From the NCBI GenBank assembly GCA_018242485.1, contig JAFEBV010000039.1, positions 1,057 to 65,056 on the forward strand: a stretch of DNA of 64,000 nt. Direction: 5' to 3'. Made by a program: the position numbers and the translations under genes. Each line of letters begins with the position of its first letter. Within the stretch, counting starts at the first letter, position 1. Below, piece by piece: positions 32,701 to 44,010 of this stretch. Origin of the DNA: Pseudomonadota bacterium (lineage in GTDB: Bacteria > Pseudomonadota > Gammaproteobacteria > Xanthomonadales > Xanthomonadaceae). The notes beneath the pieces were generated by a model that saw nothing but the letters and a program-made list of their open reading frames with translations, did no database searches and had not been told where the DNA came from.

Positions 32701-33010
32701 CGGGCTGGTCTCGCGCGATGTCGCACTGGCCGGCATCGCCGGCGCGGATCTCAAGCGCCTCGCCGATCCGGGTTCGTGGTGGTTCGACAGCCGCCAGACC
32801 GGCGCGAACACGGTCAGGCTGTACGCCGAATCGCTGCCGCCGGGAACGCATGAAGTCCATTACTACGCGCAGGCCGCGCAGCCGGGAACCTACTTCGCGC
32901 CGCCGGCGACGGCGGAACTGATGTACGGCCGCGCCAGCCGCGCGACCACCGCGGGTACGAGCGTGGTGATTTTGCCCGCGCCGACGTCGGGGCGGGATCG
33001 CGGGCACTGA
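29741..33010 (+). CDS. alpha-2-macroglobulin family protein, C-terminal fragment
   Basis: This frame is open from 29627 and reads RYVGLKSAAWWLPMDRDPGLQAVV.... Thioester-type motif YPNRCWEQT (31520-31531 = CWEQ). C-terminal A2M receptor-domain-like end. Confidence 0.7.
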   Translation, partial: RYVGLKSAAWWLPMDRDPGLQAVVVSHDGQAIPGQSVQVAIERVNTDAHASAPSVVGHCELSVDRATPCTFRAPKPGLYRFRASAQGAAPTVLERWIGERAPVTNTEDKAKAGLKLVQASDGTHPARVELTQPYRRARVLFTLEYGKVVRHWVQALPAGASTIEVPIQTAWAPGVTVHALVRSANPDAPDGGFATPTLDATLDIAIPKPPTAAIAVSVERPRLPPGQDLVLHLANAAGGLRHATIAVVDDSIYQQSQDMAAQADPARDGWLADLALWQTTAWYGLEGWKAFGNPFFVAPKPSIPPSPKEMPAPKVADVAGRIGGSGLVTTPAPQLDRVEVIGSRIKRTVDTFGRSQAVTVLPPREGAAQGGRSLPQVRSRFLDTAYWNADLPLAAGQSQDLHIHLPDNLTRWRVLVWTYDAEDGFALRQATAETALPVELRAGTPARLFVGDHATASVSARNHGNTPARIGLRVQADGAGVKDARGRQDRVAGNAEISQPIALTPTLPGDVQILARADKPGGGDALAAGVPVESTLGASQVVQAGWLDADALNLPLPTLPVGAMSPVLEVQVHRGLSGWQQGWLRDLRDYPNRCWEQTLSRAVGAALAIDSGQDKALWLDAKQVVRDAMTVAPMFQDEEGGFRYFIASYGDWRGPASPALSAYTLRSFEFLQGLGFQPPQEAAKILTGTLADKLRTFGTDPPQSAYDPRWETAAEAAGAILGPGLLEDKALTALWNGWGNLSWYGRAELVRALARKPALAAQAQAGIARLRLAGTQRGLRRVIADSRDFSFVMGSDLRDQCGVVGALYELDHGSAGETARRSLLRGLQDLYAGGTASLDTQSSAQCLMALHTVAATLPKDDQAWSVLATLGSTAHPLALAAGQQQAQWTQPLEAKAAGLPLRLQSQSPASATLNYSAQLSYQIDLRQAPAQAVGMQLERSYQVLREHAWVDLDKAAPLRAGEWVRVTLTLAVPAFRHFVAITDAVPGGLVSRDVALAGIAGADLKRLADPGSWWFDSRQTGANTVRLYAESLPPGTHEVHYYAQAAQPGTYFAPPATAELMYGRASRATTAGTSVVILPAPTSGRDRGH

Positions 33011-33060
33011 ATCTTGGGTGGATGCTGCCAGCTACGTTTGCGACGCCGGAAATCCACCCG

Positions 33061-33104
33061 CCAACCCCCTCCCAGTCTCCTCCTTCCGTTGGAAGGGGGA
33101 GGGG
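33061..33104. repeat. REP family 1 unit (imperfect), inverted orientation
   Basis: CCAACCCCCTCCCAG tail plus a CTCCTCCTTCC/GGAAGGGGGAG stem with 2 mismatches. Confidence 0.6.
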
Positions 33105-33174
33105 CTTTATCGTTGTGGTGGTACCACCTTCTTCGATCCGATGGGAGGGGGCATCGGTGTCATGGCGGCTTGCT

Positions 33175-33212
33175 CCCTCCCCTTCTCTGAAGGGGAGGGT
33201 TGGGGTGGGGTT
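33175..33212. repeat. REP family 1 unit (stem CCCTCCCCTTC/GAAGGGGAGGG plus tail TTGGGGTGGGGTT)
   Basis: Perfect 11-bp stem. Tail identical to that at 16543-16555. Confidence 0.9.
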
Positions 33213-33275
33213 GTGATCGTGCGCAGGTGGCGCCCACATGACCCTGCATCGAGGTTTTGCTGCACAATCGCCGCG

Positions 33276-34361
33276 ATGCAGTTGCCCGATGCCGCACGCC
33301 ACGACCTGATCGCCCTCGGTTGGCCCGATGATGCGCGCGCGCGGGCGGCGCTCGAATCGATGCCCGACGGGCGCATCGCGCGGGTGAGTGCACAGCACCG
33401 ATCCGGCTACATCGTCGCCACCGGTATCGGCCGCGAGTTTTCCGCACAGGCGCTGGCAGCATGGACGCGCCGCGATTGCGCACCCGAGCAGCGCGCAGTG
33501 GTTGGCGACTGGGTGCTGCTGGAACCGGCGCGCGACCAGATCGTCGCCCTGTTGCCGCGGCGTTCCTTGCTGCAACGCGCTGCAGCCGGCGAGTCGTATC
33601 GACGCCAGTCGATCGCCGCCAATGTCGATACCGTGTTCGTGGTCAGCGGGCTGGATGCGGATTTCAATCCACGCCGGCTGGAACGCTACCTGCTGCTGGT
33701 ACGCGCCAGCGGTGCCGAGCCGGTGCTCGTGCTGACCAAGCTCGACACCCATCCCGATCTGGATGTCGCCGAGCCGCTGGCCGTCATCGCCGAGCAGGGT
33801 GTGGCGATCGTGCGCGTGAACGCGAAGGATGCGGCCAGCGTGGCGGCGCTGCATCCGTGGCTGGGCGTCGGGCGCAGCGTCGCGCTGGTGGGTTCTTCCG
33901 GTGCCGGCAAATCCACCCTCACCAATACCTTGCTGGGCAGGCAGAAGATGAAGACCGCGGCGGTGCGCGCGCACGATGCGCGCGGTCGCCACACCACCAC
34001 CCACCGGGCGCTGATCGGGCTGCCGCAGGGTGGCGTGCTGATCGATTCGCCGGGCATGCGCGAGCTCAAACCCACTGGCGTTGAAAGTATCGAGGAAGGC
34101 GGCTTCGAGGACATCGAGACGCTGGCCGCGAGCTGTCGCTTCCGTGATTGCGCGCACGGCAGTGAGCCGGGCTGCGCGGTGCGTGCAGCACTGGACGCCG
34201 GCACGCTGGATGCGGCGCGTTACGCCAACTACCGCAAGCTCGGCGAGGAAATCGCCGACGCCGCGCAGGGCTTCGCCGCGCAACTGCTGCGCAAGGCCGA
34301 AGGCAGTGCGCGTGCGCGCGCGTACCAGCAGCGACATCTGCACAAATACGGCAGGAAGTGA
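33276..34361 (+). CDS. rsgA: ribosome small-subunit-dependent GTPase A
   Basis: LVGSSGAGKSTLTN and the zinc-finger CRFRDCAHGSEPGC. Start at MQLPDAARHD; the upstream part of the track ORF is REP translation. Confidence 0.9.
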   Translation: MQLPDAARHDLIALGWPDDARARAALESMPDGRIARVSAQHRSGYIVATGIGREFSAQALAAWTRRDCAPEQRAVVGDWVLLEPARDQIVALLPRRSLLQRAAAGESYRRQSIAANVDTVFVVSGLDADFNPRRLERYLLLVRASGAEPVLVLTKLDTHPDLDVAEPLAVIAEQGVAIVRVNAKDAASVAALHPWLGVGRSVALVGSSGAGKSTLTNTLLGRQKMKTAAVRAHDARGRHTTTHRALIGLPQGGVLIDSPGMRELKPTGVESIEEGGFEDIETLAASCRFRDCAHGSEPGCAVRAALDAGTLDAARYANYRKLGEEIADAAQGFAAQLLRKAEGSARARAYQQRHLHKYGRK

Positions 34362-34362
34362 G

Positions 34363-35646
34363 ATGACCACCAAGAACACCACGCCACCGCCGCCGACCCC
34401 CGAACTGGCCCACTACGCCGCGCTCGACGCGCGCATGGTCGCGGCGGTGAAAGGCACCGACCTGCTGGCGACGGTGAGCTGGCCGGTGCAGGCGCAGGCC
34501 GAGTTCCTCGCCGCGCGCGCGCGCGGGGTGCGCCAGTATCCGAAGGTGGATTACCCGCGCCAGCAGCACGCGCCGATCCGCAGCGAGCTCGACGCGATCG
34601 TCGCGCAGACCGACCCCACCCATCCGCTGGGCGATTACATCGCGCGCACCTGCCAGAGCTGGCGCATCGTCACCGAGTTGTTCGAGGCGATGGGCACGGC
34701 GGAAATCACTGAACACTCCATCCGCCTGTTCGGCCGCCCCGGCGACCGCCTGCCCGGCGACGGCCCGACCAATCTGGAAGCCGCGCGACATTTCATCGAA
34801 ATCGCCGACGAGATCGACCGCGAACTGGCGACCCTGCCGCTGCCCGAGGACATCCCGGCGCATGTCCTGCAGGGCGAACTCCAGCAGCGGCTGGATACCT
34901 TCTTCACCCGCCATCGCATCAACGTCCTGCTCGATCCGGATCTGATCTCCAAGGCCGCCGCCGGGCCGACGCGGATCCGCCTGCGCTCATCGGCTTCCTT
35001 CAGCGAATACGACCGCCAGCAACTGCTCGAACACGAGGCCTTCGTGCATTCGCTGACCGCGCTCAACGGCCGCGAACAGCCGTGGCTGAAATCCTTCGCG
35101 CGCTCCTCGCCGCGCGTCACCGCCACGCAGGAAGGGCTGGCGACCTTCGCCGAGCAGATCACCGGTGCCATCGACATCGCGCGCATGAAGCGCATCAGCC
35201 TGCGCATCGTGGCGATCGACATGGCCCTGCACGGCGCGGATTTCCTCGACGTGTTCGAGTTCTTCACCGATTCCGGGCAGTCCGACGAGGAGAGCTTTAC
35301 CTCCGCGCAGCGGGTGTTCCGCGGCGCGCCGCTGGGCGGCGGCAGCGCCTTCACCAAGGACACGGTGTACCTGCACGGCCTGTTGTCGGTGCACACGTTT
35401 TTCCGCTGGGCGCTGCGCCACCGCAAGCTGCCGCTGTGCCGGTTGCTGTTCGCCGGCAAGATGGCGCTGCAGGACGTGCTGGCCTTCGAGCCGCTGTTCG
35501 AGCAAGGCTTCATCGCCCCGCCGCTGTACCTGCCGCCGTGGGTGCAACACGCGAATGGGTTGGCGGGGATGCTGGCATTTTCGTTGTTCGCCAACCGCAT
35601 CCGCCTCGATCATGTCGATGTGGGCGATCTGGTGCTGGGGATGTGA
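34363..35646 (+). CDS. DUF1704 / QEGLA-motif protein (flavohemoglobin expression-modulating family)
   Basis: TATQEGLATFAEQ motif. Start at MTTKNTT, 1 nt after the rsgA stop. Confidence 0.8.
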   Translation: MTTKNTTPPPPTPELAHYAALDARMVAAVKGTDLLATVSWPVQAQAEFLAARARGVRQYPKVDYPRQQHAPIRSELDAIVAQTDPTHPLGDYIARTCQSWRIVTELFEAMGTAEITEHSIRLFGRPGDRLPGDGPTNLEAARHFIEIADEIDRELATLPLPEDIPAHVLQGELQQRLDTFFTRHRINVLLDPDLISKAAAGPTRIRLRSSASFSEYDRQQLLEHEAFVHSLTALNGREQPWLKSFARSSPRVTATQEGLATFAEQITGAIDIARMKRISLRIVAIDMALHGADFLDVFEFFTDSGQSDEESFTSAQRVFRGAPLGGGSAFTKDTVYLHGLLSVHTFFRWALRHRKLPLCRLLFAGKMALQDVLAFEPLFEQGFIAPPLYLPPWVQHANGLAGMLAFSLFANRIRLDHVDVGDLVLGM

Positions 35647-35650
35647 GGCT

Positions 35651-35674
35651 CCCTCTCCCGCCTGCGGGAGAGGG
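35651..35674. terminator. REP-type hairpin (CCCTCTCCCGC/GCGGGAGAGGG) 5 nt after the DUF1704 stop
   Basis: Perfect 11-bp inverted repeat seen directly. No U-tract. Confidence 0.4.
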
Positions 35675-35756
35675 ACGGCGGTGTCGCTGCGCGACGGCTT
35701 GTATCAAGGCATAATCGGCCGCTCGCCGACCATCCGGACTGGCCCAAGGGGAAACC

Positions 35757-36575
35757 ATGTCGCACACGTTCCATTTCATCTCGGGGCTGCCGCGCTCGGG
35801 TTCCACCCTGTTGTCGGGCCTGCTGCGGCAGAACCCGCGCTTCCACGCCGGCATGAGCGGGCCGGTCGCGGGCATGTTCAACACCATCACCGGCGAGATG
35901 AGCGCGCGCAACGAGTTTTCGGTGTTCATTTCCGACGAGCAGCGCAAGCGCGTGCTGCGCGGGCTGTTCGACAACTACTACGGACCTGAATTCGACCGTC
36001 CCGTGATCTTCGACACCAACCGCATGTGGTGCATCAAACTGCGCCACCTGCGCGAGCTGCTGCCGCAGAGCAAGGTGATCGCCTGCGTGCGCCACATCCC
36101 GTGGGTGATCGATTCGGTCGAGCGGCTGGTGCGCAAGAACACCTTCCAGCCGTCCTCGATCTTCGGCTACGCCCCGGGCGGCACCGTGTACCAGCGCGCC
36201 GACTCGATGGCTGCCAACGAAGGGCTGGTCGGTTTCCCGTTCAATGCGTTGAAAGAAGCCTACAACGACGAAGGCGCGGGCCAGCAGTTGATGCTGATCC
36301 AGTACGAGAGCCTGACCCGCGAACCGGCGCGCACGATGGCGGCGATCTACGATTTCATCGGCGAGGCGTTCTTCCAGCACGATTTCGACAATGTCGAATA
36401 CGAGGCCAACGAGTTCGACATGCGCGCCGGCACGCCGGGTCTGCATGTGGTCGGCGCCAAGGTGCACCCCAACGAGCGCCAGACCATCCTGCCGGCGGAT
36501 CTGTTCCGCCGCTTCGAGAACGATGCCTTCTGGCGCGAACCATCGCTGAACCTGCGCAATGTGCGGGTGGTGTAA
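35757..36575 (+). CDS. sulfotransferase family protein
   Basis: N-terminal PAPS 5'-phosphosulfate-binding loop FISGLPRSGSTLL. 272 aa. Confidence 0.8.
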   Translation: MSHTFHFISGLPRSGSTLLSGLLRQNPRFHAGMSGPVAGMFNTITGEMSARNEFSVFISDEQRKRVLRGLFDNYYGPEFDRPVIFDTNRMWCIKLRHLRELLPQSKVIACVRHIPWVIDSVERLVRKNTFQPSSIFGYAPGGTVYQRADSMAANEGLVGFPFNALKEAYNDEGAGQQLMLIQYESLTREPARTMAAIYDFIGEAFFQHDFDNVEYEANEFDMRAGTPGLHVVGAKVHPNERQTILPADLFRRFENDAFWREPSLNLRNVRVV

Positions 36576-36654
36576 GGCTGTACGGGAGGGAAGCGTCGGA
36601 GTCGACGCGAGTCTGATCGTCATATTTCCGTGATGAATATGGCGAACCGATAAC

Positions 36655-36785
36655 GCATTCCCTCACCCGCCGCGCCTGCGGCGCGTCGACCTCTCCCGGT
36701 GGGAGAGGTATTTCTTCCCGTCTCCCTTTGGGAGAAGGTGCCCGAAGAGCCTGCCCCGGACTTGATCCGGGGGCGGATGAGGGCA
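36655..36785. repeat. composite REP family 2, with an extra CCCCGGA-CTTGA-TCCGGGG hairpin
   Basis: GCATTCCCTCACCCGCCGCGCCTGCGGCGCGTCGACCTCTCCC..GGGAGAGG... aligns with the reverse complement of 25405-25520. Confidence 0.8.
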
Positions 36786-36959
36786 TGAGCCTCGGAGGCG
36801 AGAGCGCATTTTGATTTTTCTCCCGAGGAACGCCCACTGCCAGACGACGATCAGCCGAAGCGGAGTACGATTCCGGATGACGGAGCGCTCCTGCGCTCGC
36901 CCAGCGGGCTGGCTTTGCCGTTCGCTGGCATCCTGCCTCCCAATCCCCATTCCCCAGCC

Positions 36960-39236
<2,277 letters not shown>

Positions 39237-39245
39237 GGGTGGCGG

Positions 39246-39545
39246 TCAGGCCGCCGTGCGCCAGGGCTTGATCTTCGCCAGGCAGCGGGAGAGCGATGCC
39301 TTCGCGACCTGCGTGTCGTAGTCGGCTTGCAGGCGCAGCCACCAGCCATCGGAAAGACCAAAGAAACGGCACAGGCGCAGACCGGTGTCGGCGGTGATCG
39401 ACCGGCGGCCAGCGACGATCTCGCCGATGCGCTGCGCAGGCACGCCGATCTCCTTGGCGAGGCGGTAGTTGCTCAGCCCCAGCGGAATCAGGAATTCCTC
39501 GGCGAGCATTTCGCCGGGGGCAACGGGCTTGAGCTTGCGAGCCAT
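39246..39545 (-). CDS. higA: HigA-family XRE-HTH antitoxin (no higB partner present)
   Basis: 99 aa: PGEMLAEEFLIPLGLSNYRLAKEIGVPAQRIGEIVAGRRSITADTGLRLCRFFG, a typical HigA/VapI pattern. Confidence 0.85.
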   Translation of the reverse strand: MARKLKPVAPGEMLAEEFLIPLGLSNYRLAKEIGVPAQRIGEIVAGRRSITADTGLRLCRFFGLSDGWWLRLQADYDTQVAKASLSRCLAKIKPWRTAA

Positions 39546-39577
39546 GGCAACGATTCCGTTGGATGGTGCCAGTCTGC

Positions 39578-39790
39578 CTACAGATCGCTTGGAAGCAGAC
39601 CGGTGTGTTTGGCAATGCGTGCCAGCATGCGCGGCCCGATTTCTTCGCTGTCGTGGAAAGAGAACACGTAGTCCGGAAAGCCATCACGCGCAAGAACGCG
39701 ATGGGAGCCGGATTGTCGTTTGACCTGCCAACCCAAGCGCAGCAACGCACGCAGCAGCACGGCGGCTCTAACCGAAGGCCACTGGCTCAC
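39578..39790 (-). CDS. hicA: HicA-family mRNA interferase toxin
   Basis: 70 aa with LLRLGWQVKRQSGSHRVL (GSH motif). Overlaps hicB by 4 nt. Confidence 0.8.
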   Translation of the reverse strand: MSQWPSVRAAVLLRALLRLGWQVKRQSGSHRVLARDGFPDYVFSFHDSEEIGPRMLARIAKHTGLLPSDL

Positions 39791-39996
39791 GCCGCCGCGG
39801 GAAGCACGAGGTTGATGGCGACGGGCGTCGCCTCGCCATGCTCGATGCGCTCGGCAAGCACTCGCAGCGCAAGCACCTCGGCGCGGGACATGGCCTCGGC
39901 CGACGTGCTTCCATAAGCCAGAACTCCCGGAAGCTGAGGCACTTCGGCCAGCCAGCGGCCGTCTTCTTCGCGTTCGATTTCCAGAGTGAGGTTCAT
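39787..39996 (-). CDS. hicB: HicB-like antitoxin (UPF0150, no DNA-binding domain)
   Basis: 69 aa: EREEDGRWLAEVPQLPGVLAYGSTSAEAMSRAEVLALRVL. Only the RNase-H-like partial fold is present. Confidence 0.75.
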   Translation of the reverse strand: MNLTLEIEREEDGRWLAEVPQLPGVLAYGSTSAEAMSRAEVLALRVLAERIEHGEATPVAINLVLPAAA

Positions 39997-40046
39997 GCGC
40001 TGAGCTTACACGATGTTTTCCGCTGCATCTGAAGTACCACCGACCC

Positions 40047-41657
40047 TCACAGATTCCGGTAACTCGGCCCGCTGCCGCCCTCGGGGGTCACCCAGTTGAT
40101 GTTCTCGTAGGGATCCTTGATGTCGCAGGTCTTGCAGTGCACGCAGTTGGCGGCGTTGATCTGCAGGCGTTTACCGCCGGCATCCTCGACCATCTCGTAC
40201 ACCGCCGCCGGGCAGAAGCGCGTGCAGGGATTGGCGTATTCGCGCGCGCAGCGATCGATGCACAGGTTCGTATCGGGCACGTGCAGGTGCACGGGCTGGT
40301 CCTCGTCGTGCGCAGTGGCGGCGAAATAGACTCCGGCGAGGCGGTCGCGCGGTGGCAGGCTGCGCTGCACGTAGTCGCGCTTGGGTTTTTCGTGTGCGCC
40401 GACCCGGTCGAGCGTGGCCCAGTCGGGCTTGCCCTTGAGCGTCCACGGCGAATGTCCGGCGGTGACGGTTTCCCAGCCGGCGTTGAGCAATCCGAACCAC
40501 TTGCCGCGCTTGAAGCCGCCCTTGATGTTGCGCACCTTGCGCAGTTCGTCCATCGTCGGCGAAGCGCGCAGCTTGGCGTCGAAACCGGCCGCATCCAGCG
40601 ATTGCGCTGCGTGCTGGGCGGCCAGCATCGCCGAGCGGATCGCCTGATGCACGCCCTTGATCTTGGGCACGTTGAGCAAACCCGCCGTGTCGCCGATCAG
40701 GATCGCGCCGGGCATCTCCACTTGCGGCAGCGCCTGCCAGCCGCCGGTGACGATCGCGCGCGCGCCGGCGGAAAGAATCGTGCCGCCTTCGAGCATCGGC
40801 TGCACACTCGGGTGGTGCTTCCATTGCTGGAAGGCCTCGTAGGGCTCGAACAGCGGATCGTGGTAATCCAGCCCGCACACGAAGCCCAGCGCGAGGCGAT
40901 CGGCATCGAGGTGATACAGGAAGCTGCCGCCGTAAGTGGCGTTGTCCAGCGGCCAGCCGAGCGTATGCACGATCTTGCCGGGTTGCGCGATGCCGGACTT
41001 GACCTGCCACAGTTCCTTGATGCCGATCGAATAGCTCTGCGGCTGGCTGCGCGCATCCAGATCGAAGCGGCGGATGAGCTGTTTGGTCAGGCTGCCGCGC
41101 GCGCCCTCGGCGAGCACGGTGAGCTTGGCGTGGATGTCGATGCCCTGGGTGTAGCCGTCCTTGTGCGAACCGTCCTTGGCCACGCCCATGTCGCCGATGC
41201 GCACGCCGATCACTCGGCCATCGGCGTCGATGAGGGTGTCGGCGGCGGCGAAGCCCGGGTAGATCTCCACCCCCAGCGCCTCGGCCTGCGGCGCCAGCCA
41301 CGCGCACAGCGCGCCGAGGCTGACGATGAAATTGCCGTGGTTGTGCATCTGCGGCGGTGTCGGCAGCTTCGTGCGACCGGTCTTGGAGAGCATCCAGAAC
41401 TCGTCGTGGGTGGCCGGCACGCAGATCGGCGGCGGGTGGTCGCGCCAGCCCGGCAGCAGTTCGTCCAGCGGGCCGGGCTCGATCACCGCCCCGGAGAGGA
41501 TCTGCGCACCGACCGCGGCGGCCTTCTCGATCACGCATACCGTGAGTTCGGGCTTGAGCTGCTTGAGGCGGATCGCGAACGCCAGCCCGGCCGGCCCGGC
41601 ACCGACCGCGACCACGTCGTATTCCATCACCTCGCGCGGGGTGTCGGCGTCGCTCAT
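40047..41657 (-). CDS. electron transfer flavoprotein-ubiquinone oxidoreductase
   Basis: FAD motif VVAVGAGPAGLAFA and a C-terminal 4Fe-4S region CVHCKTCDIKDP. Start at MSDADTPREV. Confidence 0.93.
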   Translation of the reverse strand: MSDADTPREVMEYDVVAVGAGPAGLAFAIRLKQLKPELTVCVIEKAAAVGAQILSGAVIEPGPLDELLPGWRDHPPPICVPATHDEFWMLSKTGRTKLPTPPQMHNHGNFIVSLGALCAWLAPQAEALGVEIYPGFAAADTLIDADGRVIGVRIGDMGVAKDGSHKDGYTQGIDIHAKLTVLAEGARGSLTKQLIRRFDLDARSQPQSYSIGIKELWQVKSGIAQPGKIVHTLGWPLDNATYGGSFLYHLDADRLALGFVCGLDYHDPLFEPYEAFQQWKHHPSVQPMLEGGTILSAGARAIVTGGWQALPQVEMPGAILIGDTAGLLNVPKIKGVHQAIRSAMLAAQHAAQSLDAAGFDAKLRASPTMDELRKVRNIKGGFKRGKWFGLLNAGWETVTAGHSPWTLKGKPDWATLDRVGAHEKPKRDYVQRSLPPRDRLAGVYFAATAHDEDQPVHLHVPDTNLCIDRCAREYANPCTRFCPAAVYEMVEDAGGKRLQINAANCVHCKTCDIKDPYENINWVTPEGGSGPSYRNL

Positions 41658-41766
41658 CGCATTCTCCTCATTCCAGCTTGGAATTATTGGGCCTGCCGGC
41701 GCATGCGGCAAATCGCGCGGGCGTGCGATCATGCCACCGACGCCGGGCGATCACGGGAAGGCAGGC

Positions 41767-43131
<1,365 letters not shown>

Positions 43132-43136
43132 GTTTC

Positions 43137-43190
43137 ATCCCTCTCCCTCTTGGAGAGGGTGCCGAAGGCGGGTGAGGGAAAGCGCTCGCA
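43137..43190. repeat. partial composite REP family 2 (CCCTCTCC..GGAGAGGGTGCCGAAGGCGGGTGAGGG)
   Basis: Matches the right half of 36655-36785. Confidence 0.65.
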
Positions 43191-43265
43191 GCGAGCCATC
43201 CCATTTCCTGTTCAATAAAGACGTATCTGAGTCACCTTGAATCTCGACATGCCATCGCATGGGCT

Positions 43266-43319
43266 CGTCATTCCATGGCTGTCCGCGCTGTTTGCGGACA
43301 GAAAGAACCCGGAATCCAG
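43266..43319. repeat. nested-palindrome REP family 4
   Basis: CGTCATTCCATGGCTGTCCGCGCTGTTTGCGGACAGAAAGAACCCGGAATCCAG, near-identical to 13051-13100. Confidence 0.8.
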
Positions 43320-43388
43320 CGTCTTTTACCTTCGATGTAGAAATCTCATCACTCGCCCACAACTCCGAACGCATAACCGTCAACCCCC

Positions 43389-43991
43389 ATGCCCGCCCAC
43401 GAACCGTCGCTTCCCGACGTGCGCTACCTCCCCGGCTGGCTGCCGCATGCCGCGGCGGACGCGCTGTTCGCGCAGTTGCACGCGGGCATCGCCTGGGAAT
43501 GCCACTGCATCGTCCTGTTTGGCCGCGAAGTCGCTTCGCCGCGCCTGTCGTGCTGGATCGGCGACACCGATGCCGCCTACACCTACTCGCGCACACGCTT
43601 CGAACCGAGGGCTTGGCCGAGCGAGTTGCTGGCGATCCGTACCCGCCTGCGCGACGAATTCGACGTTGACTGCAACGGCGTACTCGCCAACCTCTATCGC
43701 GACGGCAACGACGCGATGGGCTGGCACGCCGATGACGAACCGGAGATCGATCCGTGCGCGCCGATTCTCTCTCTCAACCTCGGCGCCACCCGCCGCTTCG
43801 TACTGCGCCGGCGTGACGATCACGCGCTGCGTTGTGTCATCGAGTTGGCACACGGCGGCCTGCTGCTGATGCCTGCGGGCATGCAGCAGCACTGGCAGCA
43901 TGCGTTGCCGAAGACGTCCCGCACGACAGGCGAGCGGATCAATCTCACGTTCCGGCGGATCCGCGTGGGCATACAGGCCCGGCCCACCTGA
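43389..43991 (+). CDS. alkB: AlkB-type 2OG/Fe(II) dioxygenase (alkylation repair)
   Basis: GWHADDE (HxD), HALPKT and RINLTFRR motifs. 200 aa. Confidence 0.85.
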   Translation: MPAHEPSLPDVRYLPGWLPHAAADALFAQLHAGIAWECHCIVLFGREVASPRLSCWIGDTDAAYTYSRTRFEPRAWPSELLAIRTRLRDEFDVDCNGVLANLYRDGNDAMGWHADDEPEIDPCAPILSLNLGATRRFVLRRRDDHALRCVIELAHGGLLLMPAGMQQHWQHALPKTSRTTGERINLTFRRIRVGIQARPT

Positions 43992-44010
43992 ACCGCAACC
44001 GTCGAAAAGC

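Noticed and set aside
29726-33007. 1,093-aa ORF on the minus strand, antisense to the A2M gene. Similar antisense ORFs occur at 27054..29231, 23524..25182, 36663..39146, 61669..62829 and elsewhere.
   Set aside because: These are typical GC-rich shadow ORFs. They are Arg/Gly/Ala/Pro-dominated with no recognisable motifs. Each fully overlaps a sense gene with clear family signatures.
34081-34362. N-terminal extensions of track ORFs that overlap upstream genes: 34081 for DUF1704, 33018 for rsgA, 10981 for the thioesterase, 52283 for pssA, 41326 for the amidase, 59539 for the secreted protein.
   Set aside because: In each case an internal ATG with a better family-consistent N-terminus lies just after the upstream gene or repeat. 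The extensions overlap other genes or repeats.
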